A DNA stretch of 64,000 nucleotides, taken from NCBI RefSeq assembly GCF_018350175.1, contig NC_058368.1:195178001-195242000 (forward strand). The letters run 5' to 3'. How positions within the stretch are numbered: position 1 is the stretch's first letter; every line of letters starts with the position of its first letter. The position numbers were made by a program, and so were the translations under genes. This stretch comes from Felis catus (taxonomy: Eukaryota). A model generated the notes under the pieces. It was not told the origin of the DNA. It did no database searches and saw only the letters and a program-made list of their open reading frames with translations. Positions 12,101 to 24,678 of the stretch are shown here, piece by piece.

Positions 12101-15100
12101 AATGAATCATTTCACTCATGTAGAACTCAAGTAGCTATCTAGCAATGTCATTGACCCAAAACCTGGACAAAGATACTAGTTAAGAATAAAACAACTCAAC
12201 CTGTTTTCTCTCCCTAGGGGCAAAAAAAGAATAAAACAAAATAACATTTTTGGAGTAGTTACTCTTGCCAGGAAGTGTGTTAAGTGCTTTAGCTGCAACA
12301 ACCTTATGGGCAGTTACTATTATTAGATCAGAAAACTGAGCCACAGAAAGATATTTTTGGGGGTCACTTGGCTAATAAATCCTGGAGACAAAAAGGCTTA
12401 TGGGTAGCTACAATGGATTCTACCAGGTACTTCATTCATAAAAAAAAGCCCCTTGCCCAGAGATCATATACTCATTTTCTACACAGTGCAGGCATGGAGT
12501 TCTCTAACGGATTTACTGTTGTAAAAAAAAATAGAGACAGAAGCGCCCCTGATTTAGTGACAGCTGACACTCTGTCAGTGAGCAATTATAAAATACGAAA
12601 AAAGAAAAGCCTGACTCTTTCGGTGTAGGCGAAAATAGCCTAGCATACCTTCAAAGCCCCGAGGACACCACTGTATTAAAACTCAATTCCATCATTAATG
12701 TTTTATAATGGCCCTGAGTCATCAAGTAAAGCTGAAATTACGCTTGCCTCTTGTTTGAGAAGGCAGGGAGCAGGTAGTACATCTGGGAAGGTTCCTACTT
12801 GAAATATTTCAAACAAAAGAAAATTTTGGCATTTTAATCCGCAGTACTTCCTGCTTCTCCCCACCCCACCCCAACTTTCTGGAAAAATCAGCTCACAGAA
12901 TGCTTCCTCCTCTAGAGGCCCAGAGGCCAAGGTGTTAGAGGACTGCATTTTCCATCACCGTTTCCCCAAGCCTGTAGGTCAATAAGTGTGTTTCTAGCAA
13001 AGGTGATCTTAATTTACAATGCCTGGGGGTTACCCCGGGGCAGTCATGGCAGAGAACCCAGAAACAGCTTGAGGACTTGAAGAGCAGCACTCGTTAGCAC
13101 CCCCACCTGCTGCCTGAGCTGGGACCCGGAGGCTGTACAAAGAGCAGAAGGCTCAGAGGCAATTAAATGGTTCCAGTGTCTAGATGGGCAGGGGCCTCTG
13201 GACAAAGGGCGGAAGGTGAAACCTACACCACGCTGAGAGACTGGAGGTGGCCGTTGACGTCTGTAATCCAACCTGCCCTGTTAATAGATAAGGAAACCGA
13301 GGTCCAGAGATGGGAAGGGACTTACTCAAGTTCCCACAACAAGGTTATCGCAGAGCTCAGAGCCCTGTTTCCTGACTTTTGACCAGGGCACAGGGGAACA
13401 CCAAATCAAAGTCCCAGGGCCGGAGAGGTCCTCTGAGACTTGTGTCCTGAGCGAGGACTGGGAACAGCCTGGCTGAAGCTCCTCTCCCACCCCGGGCCTC
13501 CTCCTTGGGACTTCCGGGGCTTCCAGGCAGCTGAACCAGGTGGGGGCCTCTCTGCTCTCAATTCAACAAATATGTATTTGGTATCCAATAGGTCCTCATA
13601 ATAGTGAGAGAGATCATACGTGGTGGCTGTCCTAGTGGCTGAGATGATAGGTTCTGGTGTCGTTCGCCAGGCACCAAGTTTGGGGGCCCCCTTGCTTGCT
13701 GCACTTAGACACAACCTAAGTTACACTGGCCACACAGACAGAGCCACACAGGCATAGGTAGAGTGGTCCACACGTTCACCCACAGACACAAACATATAGC
13801 TGTATGCATAGCCATGTGCCCACATCAGAGACACACACACACATAATACACACAGACACATGCATATATATATATATATATACTCACAAAGGCACGCACA
13901 TGTGCACACACACAGAGCCCCCCTGCACTCCCCCCCCAACCTTAAACAAATTGCAGTTTTAGCAACATTGGAGATGACAGCTACATACTTCTCTGGTAAA
14001 ATACTTCCTCAACAGTGCCTGACCCCAAACCAGGTGTGCCCGGGTCCCTCCCCCACACCCCTTGCTGCTACAGGTATTTGCTGAGTCGAGGCCGGAACCC
14101 AGATCTGAACCCTGCCTGATTCACTTCTCTCTCTGGGCCTCAGAGCTTCCTCTTCTCCGCCCAGAGCAGCCTCCCAGGGCTCAGCACCTTGAGTTCTGCC
14201 CCTGACTCATCCTGCCTTAGCACAGTATGAGGACTGTGGTTTGCACAAGCTGGGGCATGACCCAAGGTGGGGATGGGGTGATTTCAGTGCGGGGCGGGGG
14301 TCACTGTTAGGTAAGGGCCCAGGAAGCAGGATGGGTATGGGCTGTGTGTCTTGTAGGGGCACAAGGAATATGTACCATTCAGTCCTGCTGGGAAGTTGCC
14401 TTATGGGAGCAAAGGGGGGACCCAGGAGTAACCCCAGGATTGTCTGTAGTTCGGATTCCCCTCACCCCAGAGCTCCTGGGCCCTGCCCTGCCCCTCCCAC
14501 AGCTGCATTCTCCCCATGGGGTCAGAGTATATAGAGCCAGTGGGCTGGTTCACCCCAAGCTTAGGATTTCCACTTCCGGATCACATTCTGGGCACCCAGG
14601 ATCTGGTTGTCCTGTTCAGAAACCCCCAACTAGTTTCCTAGGCCTGTGCAGCGGGCCTCTGCTGGGCACCTGCCACCCAAGGCAGTCTGCGCACCCCTGA
14701 AGGGTGGGAGGGGGGCCAAATTGGTGCTGTTTCCTGGCCAGGAGTAAGGGTGGTGAGTGGGTGGAGCTTGGGCTGGCAGGTGTAAGCACCTTCTTTGTGG
14801 AAAGGGAAGGACGAAGGGAAGGCTGAAGCCACGGGGCTCTCCATGTGCACCCTTGCTTAGTACCCGGCAACATTAGGGGTGGACCCGCCTGAAGTCAGTC
14901 AGTCCTCGTGCAGGGATGTGGAGGCTTCCCGTGGCAAAAGCATGAGGCTGAATGTCAGAGAATCTGGGCTCTGGCCAGCTCCCACCAAAGAGTCCCATTG
15001 GATAGGAGCACAGGCTCTGGGGTCGGCTACCTGGGTTTCAGGGTTCTGGGAATGTCTAGCTGTGTGATGTCAGACAAGATGTCCTCTCTGAACCTCAGTT

Positions 15101-16956
15101 TCCTCATTGGTCAAATGACACCACTAATTGTCTCTACCTCGTGTTGAATAGTAAAGGGTTTAGCACAATGGCCGGTACCTAGTTAGTGATTAATTAGCAT
15201 GATGACCTCTAATCTTGGTGAGACCCTTGCTTTTTCTGAGTCTCAATTCCCTTTCAGGAAAGGGAGGGATGATGCTAAATTCAATGATCTTTAAAGTTTC
15301 TTTGGACACTCGGTCCAGGATTAGGTCCGAGGGAGATGCCTCTCGGTGCCTGGAAAACCCCAAGGACAGAGTGAAGCACTGGGTACTCTCTGGGTACTGA
15401 GAGCAGCCCTCTGCTCTCACTGACGGTCTGGACCTGCATATCTTCATCGAAGCGCTTGGAGAGAGAAATGGGGCCCAGAGAACGACACTCCCTCAACCTC
15501 AGGGCTGTTGCACATGCCAGGCCCACTGCCGGGAACACTTTCACTGTGTTTCCCTTCTCACCCGTTTAACTGCCATGCATGTCTCACATCTTACGTCAAG
15601 TGTCACTTCCTCAGGAAAGCTCAGATCCGCTGTTACCGGGTTTCATTGCTCCTTGTGTCTAATTCCATCTATAATTAGATCTACGTAGGCGATCACTGGA
15701 TGCCACTTCCTCCAAGGGGCCTTCCTTTCAGCCCCGTCGAAGCTTTGTGCCCTCCAGATGTACCCCCACGGCACCCTGCGCTTTATATTTCACATACATC
15801 TGTGAAATCTTTGTTTTTCATCTCTGAGGGGCAGGCGAAATGTCGCCTCATCTTGGGGGCGCTGGATCAAGATGGGATCCCCTGCTGCGTGTTCCCATCC
15901 TGCTCTTTACGCTCCTTTCATAAAATGCACTGAACTTGTTAAACTTGTCATGGCTTATTCAATATCTGTCTTCTTTCACCAGAACAGGAACTTCCCGAGG
16001 CAGGAACATACTTGCCTCATCCACAGTTGTATCCCTCGCATGTAGAACAGTGCTTAGCCCATTGAAAGAATTAATAGCTACGTGTTTATCCTTTTCCCTC
16101 CGCAAACACACACACCCGCCCACGCACGCGCACACACGCACAAACCTACTTTTGCTCAGTGCCTAGGACAGTGGCTGGCACAAGGCAAACTCTCAGTTAG
16201 CACTTGTTAAATGGAGGAACGAATACATGAGACTCCTCTATGGCAGTTGAAGCTCGGGAGGCCAGGGATCACGTCTTCAATGCTGTTGTTTCCGTTTTTT
16301 TGTCAACGTGGGATCAAGTGAGGTCCCCCCGAGAATGTCCCCGTCATAGGACCAGATGTCCAGAACTCCACTCCAGGCATTTACAGCAGGGTCCCCAGAG
16401 CCCCCCTTCTCCGCTGTTCACAACCTGCCCCACTCTCCCACCCGGCCCCACCCTTTCTTTCCAATTCTAATTTCCACAACTTCCTCTCAACTTTGGGGTC
16501 TCAGCCACGGACACCCTCCCGGAACACAGAGGTAAAACCACCTGGTTTTCTCCATTGTCCAATAGCTGCCATGGAGAGCCTGATGGAGTAAGGGCAGGAG
16601 GTGATGCAGCAACTAGTTCGGTGGGACAGAGGAAGCTTCATCAAAGCCACGACATTTGAGCCTGACCTTGAATGTAGGTGCTAGGTAGCCAGGTGGAGAC
16701 CGTGAGGGCTGGAGTAGTAAAGAGCAAGGCAGGAAAGGCATTTCAGGCAGAGGAAATAATCAGCAAAAGCTCAAAGCAGAACCGGCTAAGATTTCTGGCG
16801 TTGTGGCTACTCCCTGAAGAACAGTGGGGTGCAGCAACACGGGGGGAGCAGAAAGACTGCCAGGCGCTGGAAGAGAACCCGGAAATGGTATCATTAGAGA
16901 GAAAGGAAGTAATGGTACCACAGCAACAGCAAAAGTAAGATGTGGCCTTTCCTTTT

Positions 16957-17181
16957 TTTTTTTTTTTAACGTTTATTTATTATTTTGAGAGAGAGAGAGA
17001 GAGAGAGAGACACAGTGTGAGTGGGTGAGGGGTAGGGAGAGAGGGAGACACTGAATCCGAAGCAGGCTCCAGGCTCCGAGCTGTCCGCACCGAGCCCGAT
17101 GTGGGGCTCGAACCCACGAACTGCGAGATCATGACCTGAGCAGAAGCCGACGCTCAACCGACTGAGCCACCCAGGCGCCGC
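16957..17181 (-). mobile_element. SINEC-type SINE (older of a tandem pair)
   Basis: Flanked by TGGCCTTTCCTTTT at 16943-16956 and 17182-17195. Confidence 0.93.
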
Positions 17182-17195
17182 TGGCCTTTCCTTTT

Positions 17196-17418
17196 AAATT
17201 TTTTTTTTTTTAACGTTTATTTATTTTTGAGACAGAGAGAAAGAGACAGAGCATGAACGGGGGAGGGGCAGAGAGAGAGGGAGACACAGAACCGGAAGCA
17301 GGCTCCAGGCTCTGAGCCATCGGCCCAGAGCCCGACGCGGGGCTCGAACTCACAGACTGTGAGATCGTGACCTGAGCTGAAGTCGGACGCTTAACCGACT
17401 GAGCCACCCAGGCGCCCC
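17196..17418 (-). mobile_element. SINEC_Fc SINE (younger of a tandem pair)
   Basis: Flanked by TGGCCTTTCCTTTT at 17182-17195 and 17419-17432; GAGCCATCGGCCCAGAG variant. Confidence 0.94.
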
Positions 17419-18331
17419 TGGCCTTTCCTTTTAAAGAGACCACTGGGTAACCGTGCATGGGACTCTGCCTGTCCCGGGCCTACAGAATAAATGTTTGCAT
17501 GAGCTGATGTCTCCAAGTCTTTCCAGCTCTGAAGTCCTGTGACTGAAACTAAAGTCTCCCTGGGCTTCTCATTCCAGTTTTGGCTCAGCACCAGGACTTG
17601 TGACCAGCGATGAGGTCAGTCTTGTAGATTTCAGGACAAACGAGGGCTCTGTCTATGCAGCTGGTGTGCATTTCCTGTGCCCAGAGCTCTGCCCTTGTGT
17701 GTGGTGCAGCCGGCTGTCACCATGTTCATGGCGTCACCTGCCCCTGCCAGCCTTTCATCCTCTGGGCTCCCGGAGCATCCCTAGAGCTTGGCCGGGACAA
17801 AGGCGGCACAGCAGGTTGGGGAGGGTGGGTGGATGACAGGGGGCCTATGGCAGGTTGGCAGGGCACTAAGGACACCCTGATGATCCTTGGCTCAATGGCC
17901 TAGGCTTCCGCTTTCCTTTCCTATGTCCGCATATGTTTCTTGCGGCCAATAGATTTTGGAATGAGTCAGACCTGGCTGTGAATTCTCTCTTTGCCACTTA
18001 CTTGTGGCAGGGCATTTGGCCTAGTTTGCTTGGTTTTTACTCGTTATTTCATTTGCTCGCTAGCTCAATTTGCTTACTGATCCATCCGCTTATGTATTAT
18101 TTGATAAATGTTTAAGAATGCCTACTGTGTGCCCACACAATGCAAGGGACCCGGTGTTCCACAAGCTGACTTTGTCACTGCCTTCATGATCCACAACACT
18201 GCGAGCCTGTGGGTTCAATGGCAGAGCCACTAACACTCGGCTATGGAGCATTTGAAATCTGGCTTGTGTGACCAAGGAAAAATTTCAATTTTATTTACTT
18301 TTTATTAATTTAAATTTAAAAACAGATACTT

Positions 18332-18551
18332 GAGAGCACCAGGGTGGCTCAGTCGGTTGAGCATCCGACTTTGGCTCAGGTCATGATCTCGGCAGCTTGT
18401 GAGTTCAAGCCCCACATCGGGTTCTGTGCCGACAGCTCAGAGCCCGGAGCCTGCTTCGGATTCCGTGTCTCCCTCTCTCTCTGCCCCTCCCCTGCTCATG
18501 CTCTGTCTCTCCTTCAAAAATAAACATTAAAAAAATTAAAAATAAATAAAT
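18332..18551 (+). mobile_element. SINEC-type SINE
   Basis: Head, B-box, (AAAT)n tail; TSD ~AAAA(A/G)CAGATAC. Confidence 0.9.
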
Positions 18552-18848
18552 AAAAGCAGATACCCGGTTCTCTTTTAAGTATGCTTGAAATAATGGGAAT
18601 GTGAAGCCGCTTTTCAACTGTAAATTTTGTGAAAACTAAATAGAGATCAAATATTTCGCATCTAAGTCATGATGCGCTGGACATGTATAAAAACACATTG
18701 GATTTCAGAGTGTTAGTAAGAAGTAGGAATGAAAAAGATTCCTCTAATAAATGTTTCAATATTGATGACCTGTTGGAAATAACCATTTTGGATATACATA
18801 GAGTTCAATAAAAATAATGACCAAAATGAATTTCATCTATTTATTTCT

Positions 18849-19075
18849 CTTTTTTTTTTTAATTTTTTTTTATTAACGTTTATTTATTTTTGAGACAGAG
18901 AGAGACAGAGCATGAACGGGGGAGGGTCAGAGAGAGGGAGACACAGAATCTGAAACAGGCTCCGGCCTCTGAGCTGTCAGCACAGAGCCGAACGCGGGGC
19001 TCGAACTCACAGACTGTGGGATCATGACCTGAGCCAAAGTCGGACACCCAACCGACTGAGCCACCCAGGCGCCCC
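18849..19075 (-). mobile_element. SINEC_Fc-type SINE
   Basis: Poly-T, AACGTTTATT, head CAGGCGCCCC. Confidence 0.93.
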
Positions 19076-19715
19076 TCTTTCTCCTTTCTAAATGTGGCCC
19101 CTGGAAACTTAAAATCACATATGTGCTTCACATGGTCTCTCTGTTCGACAGGGCTGTGTCAGGCAATTAAATGAGCAACTACGATGTAAACTCACAGGAT
19201 TGTTGCCAGCGTTAAATGAGATGCTGCGTATAAAGTGTGTAGTTCAGAGGCAGCACGCAGTCTGTGTTAGCCATGCCTGAACTTCAGACATCAGGCGGTA
19301 CGCCATATCACTGCGTTCCCTCACCTGGACAAGCGGTGCCGGTCTTAGGGCCAACTTCGGGTTCCCTTTGCTGACAGTGACTTTTTCCCCAGGAGTCTCG
19401 TGGGACTTTTATGCCAACAGGGCCTTCCATGTCCCACTTCTTGTCCTTAGGACACTGCCAGATCTATGTTACAACAGGGGCCCAGGGACCCCTCTGGGCC
19501 CTGCTGGATGTCATCTCTGTTTTCCTTCTTCTTCCTCCTCCTCCTCCTCAGTACACACTCTGCCCTACTTCAAACTCTGACCCATACGCTAGGACTTTCT
19601 AAGTCACTTTTGGATTCCACAGATTGGTAAAATTCCCCCACAATTTTGAGGACCTAACACAGGATTGTTTTCTCTATTTGTTCGCTTGCTTTTGAAAATA
19701 ATAGGCTCACTAAAA

Positions 19716-19945
19716 TTTTTTTAAACATTTTTTTTAAGTTTATTTACTTTATTTTGAGAGAGAGAGCACAAGCAGGGGAGGAGAAGAGTGTGGGGTGGGG
19801 GGTGGGGGGGAAGATAATCGGAAGCAGGCTCCACACCACCAGCACAGAGCCCGATGCGGGGCTTGAACTCACAAACCGTTGAGATCATGACCTGAGCCAA
19901 AACCAAGATTCAGATGCCCAACCAACTGAGCCACCCAGGGGTCCC
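19716..19945 (-). mobile_element. SINEC-type SINE
   Basis: Tail and head recognisable; TAAAATT flanks. Confidence 0.88.
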
Positions 19946-20013
19946 TAAAATTACCAAAAAAAAAAAAATTACTATCTCCTATCACCGTATTTCATAAGAG
20001 AAAGAACACTTTT

Positions 20014-20264
20014 TATTTATTTTATTTATTTATTTATTTATTTTTATTTATTTATTTTTTTAACGTTTATTTATTTTTGAGACAGAGAGAGACAGAGCAT
20101 GAACGGGGGAGAGGCAGAGAGAGAGGGAGACACAGAATCAGAAGCAGGCTCCAGGCTCTGAGCCATCGGCCCAGAGCCCGACGCGGGGTTCGAAATCACG
20201 GACCGTGAGATCGTGACCTGAGCTGAAGTCGGATGCTTAATCGACTGAGCCACCCAGGCACCCC
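20014..20264 (-). mobile_element. SINEC_Fc SINE (young), head-to-head with L1
   Basis: Perfect TSD GAGAAAGAACACTTTT at 19998-20013 and 20265-20280; (TTTA)n tail. Confidence 0.95.
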
Positions 20265-20293
20265 GAGAAAGAACACTTTTAAAGGTGGGGACT

Positions 20294-21717
20294 TGGCACA
20301 AAAACAGACACACAGACCAATGGAATAGAATAGAAACCCCAGAACTAGACCCACAAACGTATGGCCAACTCATCTTTGACAAAGCAGGAAAGAACACCCA
20401 ATGGAAAAAAGACAGCCTCTTTAACAAATGGTGCTGGGAGAACTGGACAGCAACATACAGAAGGTTGAAACTAGACCACTTTCTCACACCATTCACAAAA
20501 ATAAACTCAAAATGGATAAAGGACCTGAATGTGAGACAGGAAACTATCAAAACCTTAGAGGAGAAAGCAGGAAAAGACCTCTCTGACCTCAGCCGTAGCA
20601 ATCTCTTACTCGACACATCCCCAAAGGCAAGGGAATTAAAAGCAAAAGTGAATTACTGGGACCTTATGAAGATAAAAAGCTTCTGCACAGCAAAGGAAAC
20701 AACCAACAAAACTAAAAGGCAACCAACGGAATGGGAAAAGATATTTGCAAATGACATATCGGACAAAGGGCTAGTATCTAAAATCTATAAAGAGCTCACC
20801 AAACTCCACACCCGAAAAACAAATAACCCAGTGAAGAAATGGGCAGAAAACACGAATAGACACTTCTCTAAAGAAGACATCCAGATGGCCAACAGGCATA
20901 TGAAAAGATGTTCAGCGTCGCTCCTTATCAGGGAAATACAAATCAAAACCACACTCAGGTATCACCTCACGCCAGTCAGAGTGGCCAAAATGAACAAATC
21001 AGGAGACTATAGATGCTGGAGAGGATGTGGAGAAACGGGAACCCTCTTGCACTGTTGGTGGGAATGCAAATTGGTGCAGCCGCTCTGGAAAGCCGTGTGG
21101 AGGTTCCTCAGAAAATTAAAAATAGACCTACCCTATGACCCAGCAATAGCACTGCTAGGAATTTACCCAAGGGATACAGGAGTACTGATGCATAGGGGCA
21201 CTTGTACCCCAATGTTTATAGCAGCACTCTCAACAATAGCCAAATTATGGAAAGAGCCTAAATGTCCATCAACTGATGAATGGATAAAGAAATTTTGGTT
21301 TATATATACAATGGAATACTACGTGGCAATGAGAAAAAATGAAATATGGCCTTTTGTAGCAACGTGGATGGAACTGGAGAGTGTGATGCTAAGTGAAATA
21401 AGCCATACAGAGAAAGACAGATACCATATGGTTTCACTCTTATGTGGATCCTGAGAAACTTAACAGGAACCCATGGGGGAGGGGAAGGAAAAAAAAAAAA
21501 AGAGGTTAGAGTGGGAGAGAGCCAAAGCATAAGAGACTGTTAAAAACTGAGAACAAACTGAGGGTTGATGGGGGGTGGGAGGGAGGAGAGGGGGGGGTGA
21601 TGGGTATTGAGGAGGGCACCTTTTGGGATGAGCACTGGGTGTTGTATGGAAACCAATTTGTCAATAAATTTCATATATATATAAAAAAATAAAATTAATT
21701 TTTAACTTAAAAAAAAT
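20294..21717 (+). mobile_element. Young 5'-truncated felid LINE-1 (ORF2 C-terminus, 3'UTR, A-rich tail) with TSD
   Basis: Uninterrupted ORF2 frame to the stop at 21454 ([14 protein letters not shown]..., CCHC region [18 protein letters not shown]). G-rich 3'UTR, AATAAA at 21663, TSD AAAGGTGGGGACT at 20281-20293 and 21718-21730. Confidence 0.95.
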
Positions 21718-21730
21718 AAAGGTGGGGACT

Positions 21731-23290
21731 ATTTTTTTTTTTTGGCAGGGTTTGATAAGCTAATTCTAAAATTCATATAGAAATGCAAGGAGCCCAGAAA
21801 ACAATCTTAAAAAAGGAGAGCAAAGGTAAAGGACTCACACTTTCCGATTTTAAAACTTACTACAAAGCTATAGTAATCAAGGCAGTGTGGTATTGGCTAA
21901 GAACAGGCAGGTGGGTCAATGGAAGAAAATCGAGGGTTGAGAAATAAACCCTTACATCTATCGTCAATTGATTCAGACAAGGATATCAAGACAATTCCAT
22001 GTGGAAAGAATAGACTTTTCAACACATGGTGCCGGGGCAATTGGATTTGCAAATATAAAAGAATGAATTTGGATGCCTATATCTTATAAACACAAACCGT
22101 AGTTCAATATGAACAGTTGACCTAAATTAAGGAGCCATAAGCTCTTAGAAAATATAGTGGTAAATCTTTGCGATTGTAATGAATTCCTAGATATGACCCC
22201 TAAAGCATAAGCAATAAAAGGAAAAAAATGGATAAAATGAGCATCATCAAAATGAAAACTTTTGTGTTGTAAACGACACAGTTGAGAAGAGAGAAAGACA
22301 AGCCACAGGATGGGGAAAATATTTGCAAATTGTATATCTGATGAGGGACTTGTATCCAGAATAAAGAACTCTTCTAGCTCAACGACATCATGATAAAAAA
22401 AAAACTAACTAAAAAATGGGCAAAGGATTTGAATAGACATATCTCCAGAGAAGATACACCAAAGGTCAATAAGCGTATGAAAAGATGCTCAATGTCTTTA
22501 GTCACTGGGGAAATGCAGATCCAAACCGCAGTGAGATCCCATTTGACATGTACTAGCATGGCAATGACCAAGAAGGCTGGTATTAACAAGTGTTGACATG
22601 GACGTAGAGGAATTGGACCCTTATATCCTGCTGGCCGGAGTGAAAATGGCTGCTTTGAGAAACAGTGTGGCAGTTCTTAAAAATGCTAAGGATAGCATTA
22701 CCATATGACCTAGCCATTCTATTCTTACATATCTACCCAAGAGAAATGAAAACACCTGTCCACGAAAAGAAACCATTAACAACCCCCCCACCCCCGCAAA
22801 AACAAAAAAAAAAACACAAAAAAAAACCTCATACACAAATGTTCATGGCAGCATTGCTCCTAACAGCTAAAAAGCAGAAAAAGTCCCGCTGTCCATCAAC
22901 TGATGAGTGGATGAACAAAGTGGGCTATACCCACGCAAAGGAGTTTTATTATGCCATAGAAGGAAATGAAGTAATGATACATGGTACCACGTGGATGAGC
23001 CACAGGGGTGCATCAAAAACGTGCTCAGTGAAATAAGCCAGGAACATACCTCCAGTATGATTCCATTTATTCGCAACGTCCATCTGTAGGCAAATCTACA
23101 GAGACAGAAAGTAGGTTAGTGGTTGGCAGGGGCTGGAGATGAGATTTCCTTTTGGGGTGATGAAAATGTGCAAACATTAGATGGTGGTGATCGTTGCATA
23201 ACTCGATAAATAATTGAGAGCCTTTGACTTGCACCCTCCTAACCAGGTGAATCTGATGGCATATAAATTGTATCTCAGGACAGCTGTTCA
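21731..23290 (+). mobile_element. Old degenerate LINE-1 (L1M/L1MB-like) ORF2 3' part and 3'UTR
   Basis: Frameshifted ORF2 remnants (KKWAKDLNRHISRED, LPYDLAILFL, CPSTDEWMNK in the ORF track) and an L1MB-like 3' end. Confidence 0.85.
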
Positions 23291-23520
23291 ACATGAAAGC
23301 AGGCCCCAGGGTGGACAGCATATTAGGGAAGAGAACAGAGCTGTGCTGTTCCTAGGGCTTCAGTGTGAGTCTCCACTCTGCTGCTTTTTGGCTGTGGGAC
23401 CTCGGGCAAATTAGTGACTTTGCTAAACCTCCGTTTCCTCAACGACGTGGAGGATCTTGGGAGTATCAAGCAAGAGCCTCTGTGGAAGGCGACACAGTGA
23501 GTGCTCAAAAAGCACCAGAC

Positions 23521-23734
23521 GTGGGCACCCAAGTGGCTCAGCGGGTTAAGTGTCCAACTTCAGCTCAGGTCATGATCTCACGGTTCGTGAGTTTGAGCCC
23601 CACATTGGGCTCTGCACTGACAGCATGGAACCTGCTTGGGATTCTCTGTCTCCCTCTTGCCCTGTGCCTCCCCCAGTCTCTCTCTCTCTCTCAAAATAAA
23701 TACATAAACTTAAAAAGAATTCCTTAAAAAAAAA
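23521..23734 (+). mobile_element. SINEC-type SINE
   Basis: Head, CT repeat, A tail; TSD ~AAAAA(G/T)CACCAGA. Confidence 0.9.
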
Positions 23735-24445
23735 TCACCAGATATTTTTGTTGTTAGATGGGCCTTCACCTCTGATTCAAAGACAGTCCTTTCCATAAAA
23801 CAAAGTGAACTTTATGAAAATCTCACTGGCTCGTCCTTTGTTTTTCTTATTTTGTAAAAACCAGTGAAAGCTTCTTTACTGGCCAGCACCTTCTCCCCCG
23901 CCCCCACCCCTCGGGGCAGCGGGGCACTGCCCACCCACGGCATCATCCCCCACTCTGAGAAGGAGACTACCAGGACTGGAAGAGCTTTAGGGATCATTTA
24001 CTCCAGGCCTTTCCAAGCACATTTTAGGAATGGGAATCAGTCTTCACATGAAATTAAAATACTAATAATCATAATAACAGCTAATGATTCCTGAGCCTTC
24101 CCCATAAGCCAAGTATGATGTTAAGCATCTCACGTGTATCATCTCCTTCAGGAACCTTCCAGGTACTCAAGGCCACAGCGTTAGTAACTGGCAGAACCCT
24201 CAAGAGCCTATCAGCCTTATACAAAACATCTGTACTCTTGATCAAGGGGCAGTTGAAAGGGGCCTGATTCCAAGTGTTTGCATCCTAGCTGAGCTCCTGG
24301 ACCGTAGGATATTGAACGGCCTCAGTTTCCTGGAAATGTGCATCCTTGTGATACAAATGCTGTGCAGGATTACTGCACTAGGCACTTTGCACACATTATT
24401 GCATGACATGCAGCCGACAAGGTGTGAGGGCTCAATGTTTGCTTT

Positions 24446-24678
24446 CTTTTTAAACATTTTTTAATTTTTTAGTATTTTTTTTTTAGAGAGAGAGAGAGCG
24501 TGATGGTGGGTGGGGGGAGGGAGGGACAGAGGGAGAGAGAAAGAGAGGAAGAGTCTTAAGGAGGCTCCCACACTCAGCATGGAGCCTGATGAGGGGCTTG
24601 ATCCCATGGCCCCGGGATCATGACCTGAGCCAAAATCAGGAGTCAGACACTCACCCAACTGGGCCACCCAAGAACCCC
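24446..24678 (-). mobile_element. SINEC-type SINE (older)
   Basis: TSD ~AATGTT(T)GCTTTC; diverged body. Confidence 0.85.

Larger units (their letters stand above)
18200..19157. mobile_element. hAT-Charlie (MER3/MER33-like) DNA transposon remnant carrying two SINE insertions
   Basis: GAGCATTTGAAATCTGGCT...ATTTAAATTT at left; AAATGTGGC...AAAATCACATATGTG...GACAGGGCTG terminus at right. Confidence 0.55.

Noticed and set aside
20285..21454. 389-aa ORF as a standalone or domesticated gene
   Set aside because: It is the C-terminal part of L1 ORF2. The start codon lies in the TSD, and a 3'UTR, A tail and TSD mark it as a 5'-truncated insertion.
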